From Promethearchaeota archaeon (lineage in GTDB: Archaea; Asgardarchaeota; Lokiarchaeia; Sigyniarchaeales; SOKP01): 64,000 bases of DNA. The stretch covers positions 32,001-96,000 of the forward strand of contig JAEOTR010000017.1 in assembly GCA_016839705.1 (NCBI GenBank), in the 5' to 3' direction. The position numbers were made by a program, and so were the translations under genes. The notes beneath the pieces are model-generated. The model did no database searches and was not told where the DNA came from. It saw only the letters and a list, made by a program, of their open reading frames with translations. This document shows positions 17,820 through 28,072 of this stretch, one piece after another (the first letter of the stretch is position 1; each line of letters starts with the position of its first letter).

Positions 17820-19082
17820 CTATTTATTATTAAAATTGGTTAAATTGCTTTTAGTACTAGTATATATCTCCATAAGCAATAACCCGTGATAATACGATAT
17901 ACTATCAAAATACCCTTCACCTAAATCTGATTTGTTTACATGGACTAATGCCATTTGAGCATTTAGAGCTGCTTGAATTAATAACTCAACACCTTTATAG
18001 ATTAAGTTGGGGCTCCAAGTTCCTCTTTGAATGTTAGCCCACCATGTAGGACATGAATGTAAACCTCTGTTATAAAACCATCGAGCAGTATTATAATAAT
18101 TTTTAACATCCCAACCCTCACTTGCAGTAAGATCATCTATTAGATTCATCAGGTTATTTAAACTTTTCATAATTTTCCAATAATACTTATGAATATTGTT
18201 ATCAGGATGTTTCCATAAAGGATATGGGATGTTATTTTCCAAATCTTTAGATGTTGTACTCCAACTAGATTCTTTTGGTATGATTATTTCTTCACTAACC
18301 GGAAAATGCTGGCCCAAATCAGATATGAAAACTAATTCCATTTCGTCATCGTTATTTATTAACTCTATGGTTTTTCCCAAAAATGTTTTCTCGTAACCAG
18401 GGATATGATGTCCGAATGTTTCTGCATCTTGAGCAATTATAACATAGGTAGAATTATCTTTTTCCTCGTTCTTATGCAGTTTCTTCGCTTCACTAATAAA
18501 TTTCTTCGGTGTGATATCTTTGAAAGAGATTTTGTTGCTTATTATATCATCCCTAAAGAAGAGTTGAAGTCCATTTGGGGAATAATAAATTTGATCAAAT
18601 GGCCATTCTATTGGACAAGCGATACCACTCATAATTACCCATTTATAACCCAATTCACGTATATGTTTTGCTATACTTCCAGATATTGCCAACTCTGGAG
18701 GAAAAAACCCCTTTCTTTTCCATAACTTACCAAACTCATTTTTGTTAGTTTCTTCATTCAAATGGATCTGTTGATGAACCTCTTTTATTGGAATTAAGGG
18801 GAGAATTGGATGAAATTTTGCGGTCCCAACAATCTCAATCTTTCCTTCAGAAACAAGGTTTTTCAAAAATTCAATTGTGTCTGATAAATCGAATTCGCGA
18901 AGTAAATCAATTAAAACACCATTGATGTTTAGGCATATTTTCGCATTTTCATGATAATCCAGTACTTTAAATAAAGGTTTATAGCATTCTCTATCGATCT
19001 TTCTTAATATGTTTAAATCTTGGGTTGGGGGTTGGTACATATGTAGACAAAAACATATGAAGGTACTCACTTTTAAACTCAT
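17820..19082 (-). CDS. Glycoside hydrolase family 57 protein
   Basis: LHMYQP, HPILPL, GFFPPELA, AQDAETFGHH. Confidence 0.9.
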   Translation of the reverse strand: MSLKVSTFICFCLHMYQPPTQDLNILRKIDRECYKPLFKVLDYHENAKICLNINGVLIDLLREFDLSDTIEFLKNLVSEGKIEIVGTAKFHPILPLIPIKEVHQQIHLNEETNKNEFGKLWKRKGFFPPELAISGSIAKHIRELGYKWVIMSGIACPIEWPFDQIYYSPNGLQLFFRDDIISNKISFKDITPKKFISEAKKLHKNEEKDNSTYVIIAQDAETFGHHIPGYEKTFLGKTIELINNDDEMELVFISDLGQHFPVSEEIIIPKESSWSTTSKDLENNIPYPLWKHPDNNIHKYYWKIMKSLNNLMNLIDDLTASEGWDVKNYYNTARWFYNRGLHSCPTWWANIQRGTWSPNLIYKGVELLIQAALNAQMALVHVNKSDLGEGYFDSISYYHGLLLMEIYTSTKSNLTNFNNK

Positions 19083-19398
19083 CTGTCGAAGTTATATCGT
19101 TTTTTTAACGTTTTAATTTAAAATTAGGTTATTTTAATAATATTTGAAGCTGAAGATTAAGACTTCAATAATCACTATAAAACCTACTATTAATATTGAT
19201 CTATATATTATCTTTTCTACGCTTTTATTTACGCATTTTGATTTACTATATTTAATATTCCTCATCGTTTTAAATTTGAGCAATACATATGAATGTAACT
19301 TTTATGATTTTTGAATGATTACATAGGTGAATTCTTAAATTATGTAACAAAGAATATTATTACAAATTAGGAATTTAAATTCTAAAGAGTAAAATTGG

Positions 19399-20313
19399 AT
19401 GAAAATTATGAAAATAGATGATATAAAACGCATTTTAATACTAGGATCAGGAACAATGGGAGTACAAATAGGTATTCAATCAGCAATGCATGGATACCAA
19501 GTTAGTATCTTTGTAAGAAACCCTGCAAAAAATGATATAGTATGGGATGACATAAAAAAGCGCGTTGATTGGATTGTAAGACGGGAGGTAATTAGTAGGG
19601 AAGAAGCCGATCAAACATTAAAAAGAATATATACAACAAACGATCCTGCAGATGCAGCAAAAGATGGTGATTTACTTTCAGAATCGGTACCTGAAATTCC
19701 CTCTTTGAAAAAGGAATTATATGCGAGATTTAATAAATTATGCCCCGAGCACACGATTTTTACATCAAACACCTCAGGGCTTTTACCATCAATGCTAGCT
19801 AAAAGCACAGGACGCCCTGAAAGGTTTTTAGCTGCTCATTTTAATAATCCAGTGTTCATTACTAAGACTGTAGATATTATGGGACACCCTGGTACGTTAA
19901 AAGAAGTACTTGACATAACAATAGAATTTGGTAGGAGGATTGGATTAATTCCTATCATTCTTGAGAAAGAACAGCCAGGATACATAATAAATTCATTGTT
20001 GCGGGGATTAATGGGTAGTGCACTTGAATTAGTTGCAAACGGAGTCGCTACTCCTCAGCAAGTTGACAAATGTTGGATGAGCAATATGAAAATTGGAATC
20101 GGGATTTTTGGGATTATGGATAATAATGGATTGGACGTAGGATGGGAGATGCGAGAAAAATACGCACTATCCTCCGGAGATAAACAAGCAAAAGCAATAT
20201 ATGAGTATCTTAAAACTAATTTTATTGATAAAGGACATCTAGGAAGAAAAACTGGTCAAGGATTTTATAAATACCCTAATCCTGAGTATAAAAATCCAGA
20301 TTTCTTAAAGTAG
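19399..20313 (+). CDS. 3-hydroxyacyl-CoA dehydrogenase
   Basis: GSGTMG, ESVPE, SNTS, HFNNP, PGYIINSL, GHLGRKTGQGFY. Confidence 0.92.
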   Translation: MKIMKIDDIKRILILGSGTMGVQIGIQSAMHGYQVSIFVRNPAKNDIVWDDIKKRVDWIVRREVISREEADQTLKRIYTTNDPADAAKDGDLLSESVPEIPSLKKELYARFNKLCPEHTIFTSNTSGLLPSMLAKSTGRPERFLAAHFNNPVFITKTVDIMGHPGTLKEVLDITIEFGRRIGLIPIILEKEQPGYIINSLLRGLMGSALELVANGVATPQQVDKCWMSNMKIGIGIFGIMDNNGLDVGWEMREKYALSSGDKQAKAIYEYLKTNFIDKGHLGRKTGQGFYKYPNPEYKNPDFLK

Positions 20314-20441
20314 ATTTTTTTATATTGAAGGAAATAGATAAAAATGTATTCAAATCGAAAAGAGGATAACTCTCCTTCGAAGTCAGAAAACACTCCTTTT
20401 AAAAACGCTAACGTCTAAATACCTAAAATTGAATTTATTTT

Positions 20442-21557
20442 TTATTTTTCTATTATTGTTTCTTCTATTGCTGTGCCGAAATGTGTAGCTCCAGGACCTA
20501 TATGAACTAAGACTTCATCCGCTACCTTGATATCAACAACAGATTTCGCCTTACCATCTACTCCTACTAAGCGAATTGTTTCAGCGTTTTGGCATATACA
20601 ACTTATCAAAATCTTTATATCACCTTTTAATCCTTCTAACTCGAATCTCAACATTGGTCGTGTTTCAATTTTAACTCTTCCTATTGATACGGTTCTGACC
20701 ACACCTTTATTTGTAACTGCTAAGACTTTATCCCCACCTTTCAATTCACTTAGATACTTGGTTCTATAGATTTTAGTAGGATCGTCATCCGGCACTAATA
20801 CATATGCAGACACATCCCCGGCATTGACTCTAAAAGGTCTGGATGCCACAAATTGTGTTTCAAACGTTTCAGAATGAACCAAACAGAACCCTACTGCTGT
20901 TGAACCAACCAGAAGTCCTTCTCCTACATTCAAGAGCGATGTGGTATCAACACAAACTCTTTCCGCTTCAGGTATACTCTCAATATTAACAACTTTTGCC
21001 GATGTAAGCTCTATTTGAGATGTCACGTTCACTAGATTTTTTAACTCAATAATTTCATTAACAGTTTTTGGTAAAATAAGAATCCCATCCACACCAATTT
21101 CCATGGTTCTTAACATCAACTCCGCTTCCTTTTTATCATCTACTGCAGCTATTAAATCAGTATCGTTCTTATGCATTTCTGCAATAAGATTTTCAAAAGG
21201 GATTATTTTCCAGTCTTTAGCAGAAACAATAATAAAATCCACTTGATTACCTTTAGAAAGGTTCACAATAGCTCTTTCATCATCTTTTGTTTTTAATTCT
21301 TTATAAAATCCAATATTCCTATCTGAAAAATTCTTGTCAGATAATAACTCGTTTAGTTTCCTTTCAGTTTCAGTTATAAAAGAATTGGCAGGAATACTCA
21401 TATCTTTTGTATAGAGATTAACTCGCTCTATGTTTTTAAATTCAGAAAAAGTTTCTTTCGATACTAAAAAGTTTAAAATATCCTTATTAAATGCTTCTTG
21501 AACTAATTCCTTAAAATTTTCTGATTTCTTTTCAAAATTTAAGATTATTTTTTTCAT
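20442..21557 (-). CDS. aroB': 3-dehydroquinate synthase II (archaeal type)
   Basis: DWKIIPFENLIA, RVCVDT, RPFRVNAG, YLSELK.GD, GRVKIE.RP, QNAETIRL, HFG. Confidence 0.93.
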   Translation of the reverse strand: MKKIILNFEKKSENFKELVQEAFNKDILNFLVSKETFSEFKNIERVNLYTKDMSIPANSFITETERKLNELLSDKNFSDRNIGFYKELKTKDDERAIVNLSKGNQVDFIIVSAKDWKIIPFENLIAEMHKNDTDLIAAVDDKKEAELMLRTMEIGVDGILILPKTVNEIIELKNLVNVTSQIELTSAKVVNIESIPEAERVCVDTTSLLNVGEGLLVGSTAVGFCLVHSETFETQFVASRPFRVNAGDVSAYVLVPDDDPTKIYRTKYLSELKGGDKVLAVTNKGVVRTVSIGRVKIETRPMLRFELEGLKGDIKILISCICQNAETIRLVGVDGKAKSVVDIKVADEVLVHIGPGATHFGTAIEETIIEK

Positions 21558-21714
21558 GACATCAAATTCTTTAACTTTGGACTATGAAAGTTTTTTTATC
21601 GAAATTCTTTTATTATAATGTGTTAGTTTATTATTAAATTTTTAAGTTAGTAAATTCATATAATTCATAATACAGATAATTATAATTGATACAATAAAAC
21701 AGAGAAGAGATAAA

Positions 21715-22365
21715 ATGGGCTTGAAAAAGAAGCTGTTCCCCCGCAAGGGCAAAGAAAAGGATGATTTGATTAGCAAAGCTAAGAGTCATATCCATAGAAT
21801 GAATGTAATTAATAGAAACTTTAGCAAGCGTGCTGAGATAAGTCGGAAAAATGCTAAAATTGCTTTAAAACGCGGTGAAAAAACTCGCGCAAAGAATTAC
21901 CTTATTCAATACAAATCATATACAGCAAAAGTTGATAGAACAAATAATATCAGGGGTAAGATAGAACGTCAGATTCAAGCAATTGAAGAAGGACGATTGA
22001 TCTCACAAACAGGCAATTTATTCAGTGGTATACGTGATGAATTAGAGTTTATTGCCACAAAAGCATCTCCTGCTAAGGTTGCTGAAATTGCAGAAGATTC
22101 TGAAGCATATGTGGCAGAAATTGAAGAAGCCGCAGATATTTTGGCGGGGGATCCTGAAATTGATCTTGCTATTGACGTTACAGAGGAATTGAATCAACTT
22201 GAAACTGAAATGTTGCTTGATCAAGGAGGAACTATGCCCGAAACACCATCAGATGACCTTCAGTACATACCAGAATATGATATACTTGAAGAGGATACAG
22301 AAATTAAGTCAAAGGAAAAGCTTCAAGACGAAATCGATAAATTACGTAAAGAACTTGAAAGTTAG
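21715..22365 (+). CDS. ESCRT-III protein, Snf7 (Vps20/32/60; CHMP4-7-like) family
   Basis: MGLKKKLF amphipathic start, basic N-half/acidic C-half, AK.ALKRGEK.RAK..L, DVTEELNQLE, MPETP (MIM2-like), terminal helix LQDEIDKLRKEL. Confidence 0.85.
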   Translation: MGLKKKLFPRKGKEKDDLISKAKSHIHRMNVINRNFSKRAEISRKNAKIALKRGEKTRAKNYLIQYKSYTAKVDRTNNIRGKIERQIQAIEEGRLISQTGNLFSGIRDELEFIATKASPAKVAEIAEDSEAYVAEIEEAADILAGDPEIDLAIDVTEELNQLETEMLLDQGGTMPETPSDDLQYIPEYDILEEDTEIKSKEKLQDEIDKLRKELES

Positions 22366-22406
22366 ATTATTTTCTTAAATAATTATCAAATTCTTTCATC
22401 TTTTTG

Positions 22407-23426
22407 TTATTTAATTTTGTTCACTGCTTTAACCATATTTCTTACTTTACCTATTGAGATTTCATAGCCTTTATCTTCACCAAAAGTATCTTTTAATGGT
22501 AGAAAACCACAATCAGGTTTGATAATTAAATTTTCCTTTCCATATTGATTGATGGCTTTTTTAATATAAGATTCGAGAAAATCTATTTTTTCAATATAAT
22601 CATTAATATCATTACCATGTTCGGGTCCAAACTGTGATTTTACAGACCCCAGAGCTAAGATTTTATCTGTAGCTTCGAAATGCTCCTTCTGGAAAATCTC
22701 AAAGTTTTTCTCATTTGTTGTAAATTCATGATCTAATATTTTTACGTTAGTTTGAAGAAGAATATCTCGTAAATTTGGGCTTATCCTCCCACATACATGA
22801 ATCGAGGAGAGATTTTTTATTTCTGAAATCGATTTGTTTAAAATTTCGACTAAAAAGTCTTCAGAGTGAAATAGGGGTTTCCGTCCTACTAACACCCCTA
22901 GAAGAGGTTCATCCATAGAAATGATATCGATACCCAGATCATTATATGCTCTTCCCACCTGTTTCATAATTTCTGCAAATTTATCTACCACCCAGTCTAC
23001 CATTATTCCTCTAGGTTCTGAGAATACTCTCGGTTTGATTCCTTGAGCTATTTCTCCTTTTAGGATAATTTCAGAAGCTAATGTCAATGGACCAGTAAGG
23101 CAAGCTTTTGTTCCTTTAATCTTTTCTAAAAGTGATGGTCTCTTATTAAAATATTCATTAATAAATTCCCCGTATTCTACGGCTATAGAATTTTTGGGAA
23201 TTTTAAAATCATCGGATAAATAAAACCTCTCATCCTTTTCTTCTAATTGATTAACGCTTTTGGCTAAAGGGGATAAAAATTGACTAACCATAGAAATTAA
23301 TTGTGGATAGCATGGATAATCAATACCAATATCAATTAAATCACTAAAAATCCTTACCATATTTTCGGTATTGTTACTTAAAGGCCAGCTGCCTACGATG
23401 GTAGTGAATAATCCTTCTTTATCCAT
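22407..23426 (-). CDS. Cobalamin-independent methionine synthase catalytic-domain family (archaeal short MetE)
   Basis: TTIVGSWP, TGPLTLA, SMDEP, IHVCG, IKPDCG Zn ligands. Confidence 0.85.
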   Translation of the reverse strand: MDKEGLFTTIVGSWPLSNNTENMVRIFSDLIDIGIDYPCYPQLISMVSQFLSPLAKSVNQLEEKDERFYLSDDFKIPKNSIAVEYGEFINEYFNKRPSLLEKIKGTKACLTGPLTLASEIILKGEIAQGIKPRVFSEPRGIMVDWVVDKFAEIMKQVGRAYNDLGIDIISMDEPLLGVLVGRKPLFHSEDFLVEILNKSISEIKNLSSIHVCGRISPNLRDILLQTNVKILDHEFTTNEKNFEIFQKEHFEATDKILALGSVKSQFGPEHGNDINDYIEKIDFLESYIKKAINQYGKENLIIKPDCGFLPLKDTFGEDKGYEISIGKVRNMVKAVNKIK

Positions 23427-23470
23427 AGTACTTATAAAAGTTTATAGAATTTAAACATAGATTAGACAGT

Positions 23471-23487
23471 TATGCAGTATCTGCATA
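23471..23487. promoter_or_regulatory. Inverted repeat TATGCAG-TAT-CTGCATA (operator or terminator candidate)
   Basis: Perfect 7-bp arms in the 79-bp gap upstream of the MetE-like gene. Confidence 0.4.
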
Positions 23488-23505
23488 GAATATGCTTAGA
23501 AAGAA

Positions 23506-25521
23506 TTAAGTATAAAATCTTTTATTATCAAAATTCCTACTATTTTGTTTAATTATTTCTAATTCTTCTAAACTTTGCTGTAAGTTTTGTATCTTATTAT
23601 CAATTAAGTAAATCTCTTTATTCAAATTTCTATAAGTTCTAAAATAATCACTCTCTGAGATAGATCCTTGATCAAATTTTGTTTCAAGTTTCTTCAATGT
23701 AGCTTTAAGACTATATCGTTCTTTTTCAAATTCAAGCATTTGTTTTTGTTTTTCTTTATCTAATTTAAATAAGTTTCTTTTATATCCATATGATTGCTGT
23801 GCTGATGAATTTGATAAGTCGAATAAATCTGATAAGTGATTTTTGTTGAATTCTTGAAAAGATTTATCATTAAACAGGTTTTGAATTCCAATATTAGAAG
23901 CTTGTGGATAAATTCCCTGAGCTTGCTCTAAGTTTCTTGTTAGAAGATCTCTTTCATCCGCGTTTAGTAAAAGATCATTTTTATTATTAATAGCTTGAGG
24001 GATGTAATTTTGATACCTATTTGGGTCGCAAATATTTTGCGGGAAAAATTTACTTTGGCTAGGGGGAGGCATTTGATATTGATTTCCATGATTTATAGGA
24101 TTATTCAAACCTTGAGGATGTTGAACCTGAGTAGGTTGATAGTAAGTAGGATTTTGATAATAAGGATTTTGCATTCTGGGTTGGTTTAGTCCATTTTGCC
24201 CTATATGTGGATTTTGATAAAGCATGCTTTGTTGATAATTTTGAGGTACCAGATTTTGGATTTGGTTATGATTACCATAAGCATGTTGTGGTTGAAATTT
24301 ATTAAAATTAACTTTTTCATAACTCTCATTATACTGGCATTTTAGGCTAAAAAAAGAATTAATACTTTCTTCAATGAAATTGGTTAAGGAGTTTAAATCA
24401 ATATCAATTTTCTTTAGATTTGAAGCTGATTTACTGTCATATACCGTAGTCTCATCAAATGTTCTTGCTAATAGAATATATTCGATAACTCTAGAGATTG
24501 ATTTATGGGGTAAGGTGAATTCATATTTACCATACTCAAATTCTAGGTAAAGTTTTTTGAATACTTTTCCTTTATCTTTAATTCTTATTAGATCACGAAC
24601 AGGAGCTTTGAAAGTCAGAGCTTTTTTCTTTTTTCTTACACCATACTCATGAACAAAAGATAGATCTAAATTGGTAATAAATAAAAGCCCTTTATCCTTC
24701 TTAAATTTCTCTTCTATATTTAATCCATTTGTTAATTTAGCGTAAATTGCATATACCGGCTTTTCTTTTTCTGCTAGGTTCAAAAAATTCTTATAAGTTG
24801 AAAAATAAAGACTGATTTTTTCAATGAATTTTAGATTATCCTCAAATGATTTGACGCTACTCTTAAAGGTTGTCACATTATTTAATACGAATTCATTTAT
24901 CGAATTATAACTTCTTAATAAATTATCAAACAAGTTTTCTATGATTATTAAATTGGAATTAGGTTGTTTATAAATATCAAAAAAATATTCTTTATATAAG
25001 ACCATCTGATGAAAATGTGCATTAATTTTGTCAAATAAGGTATTCTGGACATATATGAATAATTTAAAAAGAGCTAGTAAATCAGATTCCATTTTAGGGA
25101 AATGATAACATCTAATAGGGGGATTTCTTGCTTTTTCAATTTCTTGTTGAAGACTAAATAATTTATTGAGAACTTCTCTTAAGGGATTAATAAAAGCACG
25201 AGAGTTTTTAATTAATTCTAAAAATTCTTTCTCTAATTCTTCCTTTTTTTCATATATGTTTATAACTTTATGAGAACCACATTTTGGGCATGATTTTAAA
25301 AGTTGGTTTGTTTTAATGATGTTCTCCTTTCCACATTCTCCACACACTTTTCTCTTATCAGAATCAGAATTCTCAATATTTTTTGAATTGCAATCTTGAC
25401 ATGTATAGAATTCAACTTTTTTTTCATGTAAACAATCAGAGCAACAACTAACACCACATTCTTCACAATAATAAGTTAATTTCACATACCTTTGACAAAA
25501 TCGGCAGACTTGTTCTGACAT
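23506..25521 (-). CDS. Multidomain protein: FYVE-like/Zn-ribbon N-terminus, helical region, PH/GRAM-like domain, Q/N/P-rich linker, steadiness-box-like C-terminus
   Basis: Six CxxC pairs in aa 6-81; KGLLFITNLDLSFV; low complexity aa ~408-560; LKKLETKFDQGSISESDYFRTYRNL. Confidence 0.6.
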   Translation of the reverse strand: MSEQVCRFCQRYVKLTYYCEECGVSCCSDCLHEKKVEFYTCQDCNSKNIENSDSDKRKVCGECGKENIIKTNQLLKSCPKCGSHKVINIYEKKEELEKEFLELIKNSRAFINPLREVLNKLFSLQQEIEKARNPPIRCYHFPKMESDLLALFKLFIYVQNTLFDKINAHFHQMVLYKEYFFDIYKQPNSNLIIIENLFDNLLRSYNSINEFVLNNVTTFKSSVKSFEDNLKFIEKISLYFSTYKNFLNLAEKEKPVYAIYAKLTNGLNIEEKFKKDKGLLFITNLDLSFVHEYGVRKKKKALTFKAPVRDLIRIKDKGKVFKKLYLEFEYGKYEFTLPHKSISRVIEYILLARTFDETTVYDSKSASNLKKIDIDLNSLTNFIEESINSFFSLKCQYNESYEKVNFNKFQPQHAYGNHNQIQNLVPQNYQQSMLYQNPHIGQNGLNQPRMQNPYYQNPTYYQPTQVQHPQGLNNPINHGNQYQMPPPSQSKFFPQNICDPNRYQNYIPQAINNKNDLLLNADERDLLTRNLEQAQGIYPQASNIGIQNLFNDKSFQEFNKNHLSDLFDLSNSSAQQSYGYKRNLFKLDKEKQKQMLEFEKERYSLKATLKKLETKFDQGSISESDYFRTYRNLNKEIYLIDNKIQNLQQSLEELEIIKQNSRNFDNKRFYT

Positions 25522-25727
25522 TTTTAAAAACTAAACCCAACCTAATAAATTCAAAATTCTCTACAAATCGCTTTATCAAAATTAGTACAAAACCCAAAAT
25601 ACAAAAAAGAATATATTATTCAAGTATCATGTAATATCTGGATATCTTAAAAAATATCACGAAGCTACTTAAATGTCTATTTTATAAAATTTATATTAAT
25701 AAAGGAGTAATTTATTTAATAATTGGA

Positions 25728-26027
25728 TTATTTAACTATGATTACTTTTTTCCCAAGGGCTTGACCGGGTACTCCAGCCTTTTTAAAATGAGCTCTAACC
25801 GCACCATGATTTCCATGAGCACGAGTAACTGTACCCTTGAGTTCTTTGCCAGTTGAGCTTTTCCAAACAACTTTTCTACCGATAAGCTTATTTGCCTCTT
25901 TTCGGGTATTTATCCTAGAAAAAACTACTATACAATGTTTCTGGTGTACCGTGTGACGACCTCGTTTGTAATTTGAGATAATCCCCTCCATACCCAAAAC
26001 ATCTAATTTACTCAATGACATAGTCAA
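25728..26027 (-). CDS. rpl35ae: 50S ribosomal protein eL33 (L35Ae)
   Basis: GIISNYKRGRH, EANKLIGRKV.W, G.VTRAHGNHGAVRAHF, PGQALG; true start may be an ATG slightly downstream. Confidence 0.95.
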   Translation of the reverse strand: MTMSLSKLDVLGMEGIISNYKRGRHTVHQKHCIVVFSRINTRKEANKLIGRKVVWKSSTGKELKGTVTRAHGNHGAVRAHFKKAGVPGQALGKKVIIVK

Positions 26028-26109
26028 AAACTTAATAAAAGATTTTAGTGAAATAAATTAATAGATGAAATACTCTTAAACTATTAAGTTTTATTAATAT
26101 TTTTTTGGT

Positions 26110-27342
26110 CTACTTAAGATAGTTTAATGCTGTTAGCGCATAAATTTTAGTTAAATTGATAAGATCTTCAACATACACAAATTCATCAACAGAATGGATG
26201 TTATTATCTCCTCGAATAGTACCAATTAAAATTGTCTCAATTCCTTTCTGATGAAAAAATGTGGCATCTGTTGTCGGTAAAATAATCTTAAATTCTCTTT
26301 CTTCGTTGTAAATAGTTTTATATACATCCTTAACAATTAGTGCAAAATCTGAGTTTATATCGGTTATTTCTGGCTCGATGTAAATAGGGATTTGTACTCT
26401 TATATCTAAATCAGGATCTTTTTTCTTTAAATCTTCAATAAATTTTAAGATCCTTGACTTCAATGCTGCCATATCTTGTTCAGGTATTGTATTTATTAAG
26501 CAGTGTAAAACACATTTATCAGGTACAGAATTAACAGAGACTCCCCCTTCCATTAATGTAAGGTTAACACTACTAATTTTAGACGGCATATCTGGATGAA
26601 TAGGATATTTGGTTTCTTTATATTTTAATTCTTCCTGTAACTCCATTAAGAAATTCATAATTGGAAGCATTTTGTTAATTGCATTGATTCCTGAATATTT
26701 ATTGCGATTAGGAGACGGCAAATCTGGCCACCCTTGTGCATGTCTACGTATTCCTTTAATTATAAAACTTATCTGAAATGTCCCTGCTCGATAAGCAACG
26801 GGGTAATCGCATAAAGAATCACCTATTAAACATGCATCTCCCTTTACTAATCCTTTATTAACTATATAATCCGCTCCGAGTATACCTCCAATCTCTTCAT
26901 TTATTACCGCCGTTACAAATAATTTTCCATTAAAATTAAATCCAGAATCTTGTAAAGCTTTCACAGCATATATTTCAGCAGCAATACACGACTTATCATC
27001 ACATGCACCTCTTCCATATATCTTATTATCTATTTTTTCCCCACCATAAGGATTTTTCGTCCAGCCATTAAAAGGGGCATCCGTATCAAGGTGAGCATAG
27101 AAAATTAAACTGGGCCCCGTTTCATTCCCAATCTCGCCAATCACATTATTTTTCTTCCTTTGAGTTTTTATTCCAACTTCTAACATTTTAGATTCTATAA
27201 ATTTTGAGATTTCCCTATATTTACCTGGTGGAACTTCCGACGGCATTTTTACTAAATTTTGAAGAAACTCTACAATTTCTTCTCTCATGTTTTCAATTTT
27301 CTCGATTACTATTTTTTCTTCTGGTATCAAAATTCGTATCAA
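26110..27342 (-). CDS. M20 family peptidase/deacylase (ArgE/DapE-like)
   Basis: AHLDT, YGRGACDDK, NEEIGG, NIHSVDE. Confidence 0.9.
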   Translation of the reverse strand: MIRILIPEEKIVIEKIENMREEIVEFLQNLVKMPSEVPPGKYREISKFIESKMLEVGIKTQRKKNNVIGEIGNETGPSLIFYAHLDTDAPFNGWTKNPYGGEKIDNKIYGRGACDDKSCIAAEIYAVKALQDSGFNFNGKLFVTAVINEEIGGILGADYIVNKGLVKGDACLIGDSLCDYPVAYRAGTFQISFIIKGIRRHAQGWPDLPSPNRNKYSGINAINKMLPIMNFLMELQEELKYKETKYPIHPDMPSKISSVNLTLMEGGVSVNSVPDKCVLHCLINTIPEQDMAALKSRILKFIEDLKKKDPDLDIRVQIPIYIEPEITDINSDFALIVKDVYKTIYNEEREFKIILPTTDATFFHQKGIETILIGTIRGDNNIHSVDEFVYVEDLINLTKIYALTALNYLK

Positions 27343-27456
27343 CTAATCTTTTTATAAATATAATTTAGGAAAATATGATCGAAACTTAAGTTTAATTATT
27401 ATGTATTTATTCTTCTGTTTATTCATTGTTACAAAGTTAATTGTAGTAAGTACCTT

Positions 27457-27831
27457 TTATATTGCTGCTATTGCATCTATTTCAACTAAAGCAGTTGACA
27501 TTGGACAAGTTGCTTCAACTGTACTTCTTGTGGGAAAGATTTCATTAACTCCGTTTTCTTCAAAAAATTCTTTATATGCTTGATTCATATTTACAAAATC
27601 ATCCATATTTTTAAGAAAAACGCTTATCTTAACAATATTTGATACTTTTGCTCCGGATGCACTTAAGATTGATTTTATCTTTTCAAGAACAGAAAATGTT
27701 TGTTCTCTTATCCCCTTTTTTTCTGGATTAGGAACTTGACCTGAAATAAAAATAAGATTACCCGCTTTTATCCCAAGGCTATAGGGACCAGCTTTAGGGG
27801 ATCCCGTGTCAATCATTTCTATATTAACCAT
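27457..27831 (-). CDS. ridA: RidA/YjgF/UK114 enamine deaminase
   Basis: GPYS, FISGQ, F..MN..Y..FF, PTRSTV, VEIDAIA; AAGGTGA RBS favours ATG 27831. Confidence 0.92.
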   Translation of the reverse strand: MVNIEMIDTGSPKAGPYSLGIKAGNLIFISGQVPNPEKKGIREQTFSVLEKIKSILSASGAKVSNIVKISVFLKNMDDFVNMNQAYKEFFEENGVNEIFPTRSTVEATCPMSTALVEIDAIAAI

Positions 27832-28072
27832 ATCTATAATCACCTTTGTTTAATTTAATAGTTTGCAGACATTAATAAAATTATCAATTTTACTTTCATT
27901 AGTTTTTAATATCTTTATCATAAATATTTGTTTATTGTCGTATTTGAATCAAACTAATCAACTTTTAATTAAGTTTTAATAAAATTCTTTTTTTAATGAC
28001 TTAGATTAAACAATTATAGCTCTTTAATAAAATCTTGATTACTAACTGTGCCATAAAAAGAATTGAAGCACT

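Noticed and set aside
19294-19364. TGTAA...TTACA pairs upstream of the hydroxyacyl-CoA dehydrogenase
   Set aside because: Inconsistent spacing (20 vs 12 nt) and expected by chance in AT-rich DNA
20344-20418. 24-codon ORF MYSNRKEDNSPSKSENTPFKNANV after GAAGGA
   Set aside because: Too short, no motif; cannot be supported from sequence alone
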